Positions 15,820 through 30,666 of a stretch of DNA of 64,000 nucleotides are shown here, one piece after another. The translations under genes were made by a program, and so were the position numbers. The stretch lies in assembly GCF_009914755.1 (NCBI RefSeq), contig NC_060947.1. One strand, given 5' to 3'. The notes beneath the pieces are model-generated. The model ran no database searches. It saw only the letters and a list, made by a program, of their open reading frames with translations, and was not told the DNA's origin. This DNA is from the human T2T-CHM13v2.0 reference genome, Homo sapiens. Each line of letters starts with the position of its first letter. The stretch's first letter is position 1.

Positions 15820-16559
15820 TTAACTGTTGTATATTTACCATTTTTGGATCATACATATTCACATAGTGAATTAACTCTCCCATGCTCTCTCCTCTTGCAG
15901 ATTGTCTTACAAATGAGTGAATGTTTGCCAAATTGTTTTATAACCCCTGCTGTTTGTGACATCTAAAAGAGATCTTACCTCCTTACCCTCAAAAAATTAA
16001 AATTACGTGTGTTCACAGTCATTTTTCTATAAAGTACTTGTGTGTTTGTCTTTCCATCTAGGAATTTGAATTATTCTTCTAAGGTTATAAAAATAGAATA
16101 TTCGAATTTTAGCTGCTTCTTCTACAAATGTGGCTATTTGAGCAGGGATTTAAAAAACCCCAAATCTCAAATATACCACTTTTAGGTATCACAACTTATT
16201 AGGTGTAAATGATCCTGAGTATATTTTAGCATCATTATTAGCATGACAGTTGTTGAACACCGAATGATACTACCACTTCCTAAAAGGAAAATTTTGTTCT
16301 AAATTACAATCACTAAAAGACTTCATTGTGTCAGAAAGCAAAGCACAATTTTTTATCAATTAAATACTAAGTTGTGGGATGGGGAATGGAATCAGAAATT
16401 ATCAGAGAGGGGATAATTTTGGGGGAATAATCTTTATTAAAAGTTAAAGTATTTAATGTTATTGTATTATAAGAAAGTATTTAGTATGTTTTCTGTATTT
16501 ATGATAAAAAATTAAATTCTCAAAAAATTTGAAAGAATTACAACTAAAGATCCTTTTAG

Positions 16560-16962
<403 letters not shown>

Positions 16963-17127
16963 TGAATATAAGACAGACTATTTAATGACTAGTATTTAGG
17001 AGAGTATCCTTTGATAGATCAATGTTAGCTAACTTCCTGAACTAGTTAAGGTTTTACTTTCTTTTGTTTTCTTAATGAAAGGAAGAGCCTACTCAGGCAA
17101 ACCAGAAAGTTCCAGTTAAATTCTGAG

Positions 17128-17390
17128 CTTTTTTTTTTTTTTTCTTTTTTTGAGACAGAGTCTTCTCTTTCACTCAGGCAGGAGTGCAGTGGTGCAATCT
17201 CGGCTCGCTCTATCTCCCAGGTTCAAGTGATTTTCGTGCCTCGGCCTCCCAAGTAGCTGGGATTATAGGTGTGCACCATTATGCCCGGCTAATTTTTGTA
17301 TTTTCAGTAGAGACAGGGTTTCACCATGTTGGCCGGACTGGTCTCAAACTCCCGACCTCAGGTGATCTGCCCACCTTGGCACGCCCGGCT
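17128..17390 (-). mobile_element. Alu (internally deleted)
   Basis: TSD agttccagtta. Confidence 0.9.
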
Positions 17391-18439
17391 AGTTCCAGTT
17401 ATATTCTAAACATTGAATTGTAAAAATGGAACTTTGGACTTTGGATTGTTATTTTTCAAATAATGCAACTAGGTAAGCTGAAGTTATGCTTACAGTAAAG
17501 ATTTAAGTAAATGTTTTACTAGAAAATCTTTCTGTGATGTTCTTATTTACTTATTTCCTTCTCTTCTGCCTGTGTCCCTCTGCACCCCTCCCCCATTCTA
17601 CGTGCTTTGCAGTATTAATTCAAATGTTCATAGGATATGAGGAACTCTTTTCTTCTATCCTGAGCCACATACATGTTTTGAGAACCTCTTACATGTTTGA
17701 TGTTATCTTGGGTACTATAAAGGATACAAATTATATTGGCTGTTTTTTTAAGCACTTTATAATCTAGTTTTGGAAAGAGAAAACTAGATTAGGGAACAAT
17801 CCATAAAACAAAATTAGGGAATAGTTGATAAATCATGTGTTGATAGGTTGAAAAGGACTTAGAGCAAGTACATATCAGTATGGATTTTGAAATTTTAGCA
17901 TACTTTTCACAGTGGAGGTTGAACTTCACTTGGGCCTTGAAGCGTATATTGGATTGCGTTAGGAAAAGAGAAAATTGAGGAATAATGTGAACAAGCTATG
18001 AAGGTGAAAATGTGTACACATATTTTGCCAGAGTAAAGAAATGGATGAGTTTCATGCATAGGTTGACTCATTTTTTTTTATTTTTAGTAGAACTAGCAGC
18101 GATAATAATACTCAGTAAGTGCTAACTGCTATTACTTTGGGATTGTGCTAAGTATTTTACCCATATTATTTAATCTCACTGACCCTGTGAAACAGATTTT
18201 ACTACCCCTATTTTATAAATTAATTGTGGAAAAGCTCTATAACTTGTCCAATGGCATGTAGCTATAAGTAGAGTAAAGCCACAGTTTAAACATGAACACT
18301 CTCCAACCTTAAAGCTTGTGTTCTAATTTGGGTAGACAGGGGTTGGTGAGGATATAGAGGGGGCTGAAAGCCATGCAGTGTAGTGTAGACTTAAAACACG
18401 GGGCAGCTTGAGGCAAAACAGATGATAAAGGAGAGTTTA

Positions 18440-19782
18440 GCCATCCCATGATGGTGGAATGGGTTGTTTCAAACACACCAGTATGCGGAGAACAACCAGA
18501 AAAGCTGGATGAAAATGAAATAAAATTCTGAAGAACTGGAAGGCTACCAAGGCAGTGAGGACAGAAGGAAAGCCCAGAGACATAAGCCTAGCATTTGGCA
18601 TTGCTTATCTCCTGGAGATATCGGTAGGTTCTGAAAGGAGTATCTGACAGGCTAAGCCACACTTCTGCAGGTCCATAAAGATAAGGAGGCAAAAGGTGAA
18701 GTCAAGGGCTGCCAAGGGTGGGGATGAGTGTTGGTAAAATCCCAGACTTTGGACTGGGACTGTGAAAGGTCAAATCCTGGAAGTGAGGTAAACTGAAAAT
18801 AAACCAACCCTCACAGGAATTGAAGCCCAGATTCAAATGATCTTTAACACTAATTGGATTAAGATGATCTGAGATTGCTAATGCTAGTGGCCTAACTTCC
18901 TTTCAGAAATAAGAGTAAATCCTTTCTGGAGGAAGACAACATCATCTAGAGCCTCAAGTAATCTCTAGAATTTTTCATACGCATTATCTAGTTTTCTATT
19001 TAAAAAAACCATGCATACAAAACAAAACGTGACTGAAAAGCAACAGAAACAAGTGACATTAGAAACAGACTCAAGAAATTCAGATATTAGAGTTTTTAGA
19101 GTTTAAAATAGCCATAATTAATATGTTCAAGGAATTAATTGACAAGATTGAGATTGATAATCTTGGCAAAGAATTGGAAGTCCAGTTTAAATGGACATTC
19201 TAAAACTGTATTAAGAACTCAATTGATGGGGTTTTACCATCAGAGGAGACATAGCTGAAGATGAATTTGTGAGCTGGAAGATAAATCAGAACTGGGAGAG
19301 AGAGTAAAATATTTAGACTGAAGCACAGAGAAACAAAAGTTTAGAAAAGGCACAAAAGAATCTAAGAGAAATATGGGAAAAGGTGAAGAAGTTTAATATA
19401 TTTGTAATTGGACTTCCAGAAGGAAAGGAATGAGAAAAAACGAGGCAGAAATAACATTAGACAGATAATGGGAGAAAGTTTTTCAAAACTGATGAAAGAT
19501 AGCAAGCTGTAGATTCAATAAGCACTATAATCCCTAGGCAAGATAAATATACAGAAGACCATACTTACGCTGGGATATGAAGATATAAAGTTTTGAAGTA
19601 GCTGAGGAAAAAAGATATATAACCTTCAAAAGAGTGACCCTAAGACTTTCAGCTAAGTTATCAGTGGAAACAAAGGAAGTCAGAATGCGATGGAATGAAA
19701 CCTTTAAAGTACTCAAAGAAAGTAACTTCCACATACAGTTCTATATCCAGTGAAAAAATTATTAAGAAATGAAAGTGAAATA
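18440..19782 (+). mobile_element. Old L1/HAL1 5'UTR-ORF1 fragment
   Basis: aatatgttcaagga...gaactcaattgatggg...gagctggaagataaatc...ttgtaattggacttccagaagg, ORF1-like and decayed. Confidence 0.8.
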
Positions 19783-20631
19783 TACTAGGAGTTGGTGAGG
19801 ATATAGAGGTCACCAAAAGCTATGCAGAGTAGTGTAGACTTGATACACTAGGCAGCTAACCCATTCTCTTAGTCCATTCTGGTTACTATAACAAAATACC
19901 CTAGATTGGATAATTTATAAACAACAAAAATTTTATTGTTTATACATTGGATAGGGCATAAGGAGGAGGGAGAAAATAAAGCAGGCCTGTGAGATTTTCA
20001 GCCTGAGAGAACAGAAAGAAATTAAATAATATTTAGGGGGTACCAACCTGAGAGAAAAAATGGCCTTGTTTTCGACAAAGTGAGTGTTGAACTTGTAATA
20101 GAAGCTAATTCTGGGCAATGAGAAATTAGATGGTTCCAAATGTAGACTTGAAAATTGATAACATAGATGTGATAATCTCAATTTATTATGGATGAACTCA
20201 CTATAGTAATTAATATAAAATTAATTCAATGAAAGAATAGGTGCCTTTCTGTGTTCTAGGTTTTGTGATAACCCTTGGCATATAGTGACAAACCAGGAAG
20301 ACCTTGTACTTGACTTTCTGCTACAGAAACTAAGGATAGAAGTTTGGAAGCTAGAAGGAGAAAGGGAAATAGGAAAGGAGGAGAGCCACTAAGAAATGAC
20401 AAGGATAGATTCTGCCTTCAGTTTTATTTCATCCAGGAAAACTCTAAAGTGTCATATCTCCATGTAGGTCTTCAGTTGAAAATATCAACATAATATTAAA
20501 TCTTTAGCAGTTTTATTCTAAAGCAACACAAGGTAGGATGGATGGAAACAATGAGATTTTCACGTATATTTGTCTTTGAACTTCTTTTGCTTTGTTTATA
20601 TCACAGTCTGCAGGTTTTATACTTTTTTCTC

Positions 20632-20986
20632 TGTCTCGGTTCAGGCTGCTTTAACAAAAATATCATAGACTGGGTGGCTTATAGATTAGAAATTTATTTC
20701 TCACATTTCTGGAAGCTAGAAGTTCAAGATCAAGGTGCTTACCCATCTGGTGTCTAGTGAGGACCTTCTTCCTGGTTTGCAGATGACTGTCTTCTCATCC
20801 TCATATGGCAGACAGTGATAAAAAGAAAGTAAGCTCTCTCTTTTTATGAGGGTACTGATCTCAATGAGGGCTCCACCCTCATGGCCTAATTTATCTCTCA
20901 AAGGTCCCATCTCTAATACCATCATATTAGGGGTTAAGATTTTAACATACGAATTTGGAAGAGACACATACATTCAGTCCATAGCA
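20632..20986 (-). mobile_element. MaLR solo LTR (MLT1A-like)
   Basis: TG...CA termini; 5-bp TSD ttctc at 20627 and 20987; aaatttatttctcaca.ttctggaagctagaagt core. Confidence 0.88.
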
Positions 20987-21139
20987 TTCTCTTTGTATGT
21001 TTTCTTCCTTCGTTGTCTATTTCTCTTGTAAATCTCTGTAACTCTATGCCTGTCCTTCTCCTCTTTATTTCTGTCTTACTAAATTATACAACAGATGATA
21101 TATGCATATATATATACAGCTGTATATAAATATATATAT

Positions 21140-21263
21140 TTTAAATACAGATAGGGTCTCGCTGTGTTGAGTAGGCTGGTCTTGAACTCCTGGCCTCAAG
21201 TGATCCTCCCATCTCGGCCTCCCAAAGTGCTGGGATTACAGGTGTGAGCCACCATACCCGGCC
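21140..21263 (-). mobile_element. Alu left monomer/FLAM with a TA-rich tail
   Basis: Single antisense monomer preceded by (TA)n. Confidence 0.85.
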
Positions 21264-22183
21264 AGATGAGCAATATTTATTACAAACAAGCATATGAGAG
21301 GAGCACATTATGTTTCCCTTTTTAAAAACTTCTATGTGGCCTCCTTTGTTTATGGCTCAGGGACACTTGATAAGCAATAATTCACTCACCCCCACTACGG
21401 TAACAGAAAAACCAAGATAGGAGAACTTCAGGATATCATTGGTGGCCACGGCATAGGCTTGATGAAGGTAAAGACTGAGAAGGGCTATTTGTTTTTGCTT
21501 GCAATAAAGGTGTGTTTGTTTATTGACATCTTTTCTATCAGATACAATTATAAACAGAAAAAAATTTAAATGGGTCCATTGAGGAAGAGATGGCCTAATT
21601 TACAAGTTCTATGTATTTTTAGAATTTATCTGTTAATTATGTGATTAATAAGGTAAACATTAATGTGATATCTAAAATGGGAAAGTGTTACTTTGCATCA
21701 CTGCTTTCCAGCCACTGTGCCATGATGCAGGCATTTACAATAATGACCTCATTGGTGGATCAGCAAGAGCTTTGTGGCCCTGGAACCAAAGCAGGCCTTG
21801 GGCTTCTCTTGCCTCTCTTCAGTTGCCCTAGTCTTCCTGGTACTTCTCTCTTTCCCTTTTAGCATTATCTTCAATATTCCCTTCCACGGGGTTTCCTCTA
21901 CCCACCCATTTTTCTAAGCCTTTTCCTTCCAAAAGCAGCTTTTATTAATGGTCTACATAACTGGTTGTCTTCTAACTATTATTGAAAAAGTAAATAAGCC
22001 ACAGACTAAACTGACCAAGAAGCACAAAACTACCCAAGTAGTTAAAATGTGAAGCGGGAGAAGGCTTGAATCAGTGATGTTTAGTATGTTTACACACACA
22101 TTTTACTGATGCTACCAGGGAAATGTTCTGTCCAAACTAGAATGGCCTAGCTGTATTTCCCCCTAATTGGCCAAGTTTGCTCA

Positions 22184-22712
<529 letters not shown>

Positions 22713-23015
22713 CTATATTTAAATGGTAGTGCAAACATTTTTTTCTAAGATGTTATATTTAAAGTTCCCAATGGCACACATAACTCTTTATGGAGAGTGT
22801 TGCAATTTTAAAGATTGGTTATCGTTTTTACATTTTTTTAACATACTGGTTAATACTGGGCCAATTATTAAACCTATGTGATCATGAGTTGAGATCTGAA
22901 CCTTGAGCTCAATCCTTTTATCTTTTCTGGAACTGGCTTATGTTTCAAAGAATCAGCAGAAAAGAAAACCATAGATGACAAACCACCTAAAACGCCTAAG
23001 CACACTTAACTTTAA

Positions 23016-23339
<324 letters not shown>

Positions 23340-25129
23340 AAAAGTATTTTTTTTCAATTAGTTCTTTGTGGGAGAAGGTTTTTCACTTTTGTAAAATCTA
23401 GAATTTTCAGCTTTATTAAGATCCACTTATTTTCCGTTAAAAAAATTCCATTATTACAGGATTCTTTGAAAACCTTACATCTCCCTCAATCCTGGGTAAA
23501 GAAATACTGCTGTATTTATTTTGCAGTGATTGAATTATTCAAATCTGGCCAAATAAAAAGAAACTGACTTAGTTTTCAACTTTGAGTTCTCCAATCTTTA
23601 ATAATTATTTTTATCCCGTTAAGACTGTGACGTCATCATGGCTATACCTACCTAGAGGTTTAATTCTAGATTCAGGTTCTGGGTTCAGATCCTAGCTTTT
23701 CCACTTCCTACCATTCTGTGCCTGTTACCTTGACAGTTAAACTGGGGAGATGAAAAGTGTAGACCTCATAGACTTGAGGTGTAGATCAGTGAGTTAATCC
23801 ATGTAGGATACTTAAGCCAGGGCCTGACGGACTATAAGGCTTCAGTAATTGTTAGCTAGGGCCACTGTTCTGAATTGGCTGATAGCCTTTTTCATCCAGT
23901 AATGCCAGATGAAATGATTGGTTTATACATGATAGGCGTTCCTAGGGGAAATGCAGAGCCTACCTAGGATCACCCACACTCAAGTCAGTCATTGATATTT
24001 TGGCATTTTATACCCAAGAGCTGAAATTGGCTTCAGCCCCCGCCTTTTGGCATATATGTAAATCAATCTTTCCTTCCCAACTCTGTTTTACTTTTGGCCC
24101 CACCTGTTTCTGAGAATGTCATCAGGTGAGGGGCAGCCATCAATATAGTCTCTTCCACCTTGCAAATGACCACTTACCCAGCTTAATTAATAGCTTAGCT
24201 TTTGACAAATAGTAAAATGCCATAACTAAATCTGTTTTACTATCATGTCTCTTGTGGGAGAAACAACCCAATAACACTTTGTATAACTGTCAGCAGTCTG
24301 TGCTTAGGATGTGTTCCATAACCTGGAGCCTCACCTTCACCTCACTTCCTATCACCCTAGCAGCTCATGACAGACCATCTCAGAGAAGATTTATTATTTG
24401 CCTGTTTCTAGTCAAATGGAAATCAGCTAGATGATTTTAGTGGGGTTTTTTTTTACTTTATTTTGTTTTTCCTTCTATTGTCATGACTAACGAAAAACTG
24501 GAAAGTTATGAGGTTTTATTATTCTAAATATTTAAAAAATAATTTATTCCTCTGTACTGTTTGTTACTATGTCACTAACTCTAGCCCATGGGGATTGAGG
24601 CAACTACATTTATCTTCACTCTTCAAACTTTTTTTTTCCAGAACAAACTAAATCTACCAGACAGATTGGATGTGACTTTATTTAATACAAATAAGTTCAG
24701 ATCATCCAAGTTATTTTTATTAACTTACTTATTTGATGGGCTTGACCATTTACTTCTGCTTTACTTGGTGTAGATAAGGGGAGGGACATACCTTCTAGAA
24801 GTGGGCTGTCTAGTGTTCTGGACTCCCTAGCATCAATTTTCCTTCTATTTTTTTCCTAATTACTTTGGAAGTTAGCAATCCCCTGTTCCCTCTAGACACG
24901 TTGCTCCCTTCTGTGAAGGTGCCCTTTACTCCCAGCTATCTTACCAGGAAAGTGCTTTCTTGGGGACCTGCCTTCCCAAAGCAGCCCTTTCATGTCTTAA
25001 TGTAGATGGCCACAACACAGACTGTAGCATGCTCCTTGCCATTCCTTTCTAACATCCTCTAGGATTGTGCTTCCTCAGTACATCATCCATCATTTCAATT
25101 TAGTGGTTGAATGAGTAGTCAGTTACCAC

Positions 25130-25570
25130 CTGAGCCACTTTTCTAATTAGGATGCATATATGTTGCCAGATAGAGAAGAGTCATCCTAAACAAGAAGCAG
25201 GTATTTACCTGGTCTTCATCCAAATGGAAATATTATTGAATCAGAGATTCATACTGGACTTCCTTTGTTCCCTTTCTGCTCCCTGCCTCTTCCTTTTCTT
25301 TTTCTACACCAATGTGTAGAAAAAGTGTTCATTCTGATAAACTTGCCCAAGTGATCTACCATTTCCTAAATGGTCAACAAGAGACCTTGAACCTGGCCAT
25401 CTCTAGCGTGAATTGCCCTTATTTCTTCTAATGCTCCAGCTGCTCCAGTTTCTCCTGGCCCTTCAGTTCCAGTTGCCGTTGTTCCCTCTGGCTCTTCAGT
25501 TCCAGCTCCTGGTACTTCCTCAGGTATTGGTGCTCTGGCTATTGCTCACTTCCCAGCCTCCCAAGTCCTA
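25130..25570 (-). mobile_element. Putative decayed Gypsy (Gmr1-like) gag relic
   Basis: Minus strand reads as the coiled coil YQELELKSQREQRQLELKGQEKLEQLEH*KK*GQFTLEMARFK, then FPF/DEDQVNTCFLF...LA...EKW. Confidence 0.45.
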
Positions 25571-26330
25571 TATGTTGGGGGAAATTGACTTCTGCTGCCA
25601 GATCTGGATCTGTCATTCCTTTTGATTGTTCTCAGAGATTACCTACACAAGGGGCTTAGTCCTCCAGCTTGGGAGTCTTCTCTTTGGCTTTTGGTCTCTC
25701 TGCAAATCTAATTCTGCCATCTTAGCTTCTTTAATAAGTTTTCTAATTTTTTTGTTCTTAATTCAATTAATTTTGAGCATTTGTGAATTGCTTGGTAGTG
25801 TACCAACCACTGATATTTTTCTCTTTGGCAGTTTTACTAATGCATTCCATGTATTCTAACTGCCTTAATGTCTGTCTATAAAAACACAGTAATTATTATG
25901 ACAGGTTTCTATGATCATGGAACAATGGAAGGAGAAAGACTTTAGAGACCATCTAGTCCAGCCTCCTTATTTTATATTTAGAGAATCCAGACCAAGAAGG
26001 GTAAAATGAGTTGCCTAAATCACATAGCTTATTGGTGGCAAAGCCAAACATTGAATTTTGGTCTCCCTGATTTCACATCCAGTGTTTTGATTCTTTGTGG
26101 TAAGGATTTAACTCTGTGTTTACCACTATTGTCAGTCACAGCTGCAAACTTTCAAGTGAGGAATAAAGTGCCTAAGTGGTCCTTGCCAAGGAGCAATAGA
26201 ATCACAGGGCCACTGGGACTTGGAGAACCATCTGATTATCGGGGGGGTTCTTTAGATTTTTTTAAACATATAATTGGAACACACCTAGTATTTTAAAGAA
26301 TATGCTCTTGAAAAGATGAAAAGAGTTTCT

Positions 26331-26429
26331 CCCGGGAGGCGGAGGCTGCAGTGAGCCGCGATCGCATCACTGCACTCCAGACTGGGTGACAGAAAGAGAC
26401 TCTGTCTCAAAAAAAAAAAAAAAAAAAAA
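26331..26429 (+). mobile_element. 5'-truncated Alu right arm
   Basis: cccgggaggcggaggctgcagtgagcc...gtctc followed by poly-A. Confidence 0.9.
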
Positions 26430-26489
26430 GGGAGAGAGAGAGAAAGAAAACAGGTCCTCATGTTTTAGTATTATACTGAATTACTTGAG

Positions 26490-27057
26490 ACACTTTTAAC
26501 AAAAGTACAGAGGCTCAGAGCTCAGGCCTTGCCTAGACCTGCAACCAGAATCATGCAAGGTAGGGCCTGAATTTTAAGGTTTTCCAGGTAGTCCTGGTAT
26601 GCTTTATAGGAAAGAACCACTGCCGTGAAGTCTAGCAGTGTTTCTCAAAATGGGGCACCTATTTAAAAGTCAGATTTCTGGGCCTCATTCCCAGAACTAC
26701 TGTCCTAGAATTTATGGGGATGGAGCCCATCTTTAAGCTCCCTTGTGAATGTTATGTCCATTAAAATATGAAAAAACACGGTCTAGAATATTTTAAGTCA
26801 TTAACCAAAAAAGCCTGGGGCAGTGGCTTTCAAATGTATTTGTTCATGCCCCTTGGTAAGAATTACATTTTACATAATGATCCAGCAAATCCACATAACT
26901 AAAACAAAAGTTTCACAAATCAATATTTATCTTACCCAGTGCACTGAACTCTGATATTTTCCATTCTAATTCATCCTATTTCAATTTTTAAAGTAGGTAA
27001 TCAAAACTCACTAAATTCATTTTTAAACTCATAGCTCACTGTATTTTGAAACACTGA
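26490..27057. mobile_element. Cluster of hAT-Charlie MITE relics (MER5-like and others)
   Basis: cagtgtttctcaaa...cagatttctgggcctca; cagtggctttcaaa...ttgaaacactg termini. Confidence 0.6.
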
Positions 27058-27289
27058 GTATTGAGATGTGCTTGTTAATTTTACCTATCATAGATTTAAA
27101 ACTTTTCTAATTCTTCTACTTTTTCTAGTTATTTCTGTGAGCCAATAACACCTGCTAGGATTGCTTACCTGTAAGGAAGGTCCACATTTGTCACAGTCAT
27201 ACAGTACTGCCACTGTGTAAAAGTAGACTGCCCTTGTTCCCTGGGCATGGGAGATCTTGCCACCTCCATGATGATGTCACTAATGGCTT

Positions 27290-27775
27290 GTATCAATCAC
27301 AGTGTAAATAATAGAAAATTCTATTTCAACTAAATGAAGTTTAAAGCAGGGGGCAGTTCTTTTGCTCTTGGAAGCAGCAGTGCAAGGGTAGCTAAGTTCA
27401 GGTGCTGTTTGATTCCAGACTCAGACAGTATCACCTGCATCCCCCTCAAGCCTGCCTTTTCTGGGATGGCTCCTGATGTGGCATATTCAACTCCCACTTC
27501 ATGAGGGCAGCAGGCCCAAGCCACACACTGCCAAGGTCAGCTGAGAAGAGGGACTCTTGCAGACTGAGCACAAATCTCTTTGACCACATGTTTCCTGATC
27601 CAGTCACTGGGGCCCAGACCCATTCCTGGAGCTGGGAGTAAGATCAAATCTCAGGTACACTACATGGCTGAGGATGAGGGTGGAACGATTTCCTAAAAAG
27701 AATTCGAAATACCTCTCCCCAACAGATGCAGGAGGAGTAGATACTGGGCAGCAAATGCAGATGTTATCTATTATA
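27290..27775 (-). mobile_element. Old MaLR LTR (MLT1J/K/L-like)
   Basis: Degenerate MLT1-like motifs (gatggct..., accacatg...ccagtcactg, gatactgggcagcaaa). Confidence 0.5.
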
Positions 27776-29029
27776 GGCCATCTATTTTCATGGTCTTTCT
27801 CTTTTCCCTCCTGTTTTCTTGGTTGTGGTGAGTCTTTTCTTGCTGCTTTTCCCACCTACAGAAACCCGTATCTTGTCCTGAAGTCCCCAGTTTAAGTCTT
27901 GTGGAAAGTAGCCACTGTCAAAATGAAGTGCAGGGCCCTCCAGGGAAATGACAGCATAAGTAATTAGAAAGAATTGATTAAAATTTACTACAGGAAATAA
28001 CTGCTTTTTAGTGAAGAGAATGGAGTAATATAGAAGAGTTAACCAAACTGCACAATGATTGCTAGCATTCAAATATGTGGTAGTGGGCAAGCTTGTATAG
28101 TCTTCCCTGGAGTCCTTTAAATAGACTATGAAACTGAGTCTTTTCAGGAGGTATCTGAGCAGTCAGTGTCCTAAAAATATCAAATGACCACAAATAGATT
28201 AAAAGTTATCGAAGTTTAAGTACAAAACTTAAATCTGGCAAATAAAGCTTAGCTGATTCTATTGGCTGCCTTTCACAATTACTTTATGTACTATTTAGTG
28301 TTTCCTCTTCCTCAAGCCTACTAACATGAAGTAAAACAGAAATCGTTTCCACCAGGGGGTTAGAAAGTAGATAATAGCTACTTAGTAAAGATAATGTTGA
28401 TCCATTAAAATGGAGATTTTTTTTTTTTATACTCCAGCAGAGAGAAAGAATGGTGCCTTTAAAAGGATTCTAATGATTCCGGGTCTAGCATACTTGGAAA
28501 GATTTCAATGTAAATAAGCATTTCATACATAACAGACGGAATCTTTTGTTTCCTGAATAACAGAATCAAGTTATCTACTTTGTCTTAGTCACAAATTGCT
28601 CCCTAGTTTGTTAAGATGCACACTTTATATATGGTATGATGATCCTGGGTTTTGCATTTTGTGCTACCAACTAGCCTGCCTAGCTTTTAGATATTCTCTG
28701 GCCTCATGTATACTTAGAAAATCTATATTCCAGATATTTTTTGTAGTTTTGTTCTATAAAAATAATACAAAATAAGCACTCTAAGGTTTGTATTATTCTC
28801 CTAACTTGGTCTGTAATTTTGCATAAAAGCTTTAAATCCTCTCATAAATTTATTTTTATCTAACAATATGCCCATTCATTTCTAATTTTCTAATTTCTAT
28901 CTCTTAAAAGCTATAGAATTTTAATTCCTTATAGAAACTAATCAGTCTTTTATCCTTGATAGTGATTTCAGTAAGTTCTTATTTTTTAAATGAAGTTTTT
29001 CATGTATATTATTTTATTTTGGTCTATAG

Positions 29030-29106
29030 TGTGGCTTGATCTAAGAACCCAGTCTACCGTTGAGAGTCTTAGTAAAAGAATTCCAGGAAATAATAACTTT
29101 GTCAAG
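29030..29106 (+). CDS. GK: GK exon 5 (77 nt), [26 protein letters not shown]
   Basis: ctatag|TGTGG...GTCAAG|gtaaga. Confidence 0.97.
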
Positions 29107-29316
29107 GTAAGAATTTCTTCAGAAGTATACTATAAGAATGTTTCTTTTTTTAAAAAAAGTTTGCAGATTTCACTAGAAAGAAGCATCTTATGGTACAATA
29201 GTTATTTGATACAATTTATAGAATCTTTTTCCCAGATAATTGAGGCCAACTCAAGTCTTTACCTTCCCGTCTTTCTTGCTCTGTGGTGGATTGGAACAAT
29301 AATAACACAAAATTGA

Positions 29317-29647
<331 letters not shown>

Positions 29648-30281
29648 GTGGGAGGGGTGCTTTCTATAATTGAACTATGTTTTCCAAATCTATCCCTATT
29701 TTTTCTACTGCCCATCAAAGAATGTTCTGGCTGCTTTTGAGTTTTTAAGCATCTGGATTCAGGGAGAGAGAAAGTAAAAGACACTCTAGCCCTTTATTGA
29801 ACCCCTCTTCCACTTTGTTCATATGAAGAAGGCTAATAAAACTGCCTAATTTTCAGTCCTTGTATAGATCCCTCTTCACATAAAGGAAGGGAGAGTGAAT
29901 TTTTAAAATAGGTGAGGAATTTTTTTTAGCAAGGTCAAGGCCAAGTTCTTCTAGCGTCTAAAAGGAAGTTCCCTTTTTCTGTTTTTGTTTTTTGTGTTTT
30001 GTTGTTGTTTATCCCGTTTTTATTTGTCAGTGGGATGCTTGTATCATTTTCTTCTAAAACTATTGTTGAAATCCCATTAATTGCAGTAATCTGACCATTC
30101 CGTCCCCCCACAATAACTTCAGACTTGTCCTGAATAAATCATTTTCTATTCCGTTCCCTTCATCACCCTGCCCAATCCTCATCCTCACCTCCAGCTGCAC
30201 TCTGCTTCGAGGGATGCATGCTTTTCTCTCCGATGTCATTTTAGGCAACTTTTACACTTTCTACCCCCATGATGAAAATAA

Positions 30282-30666
<385 letters not shown>

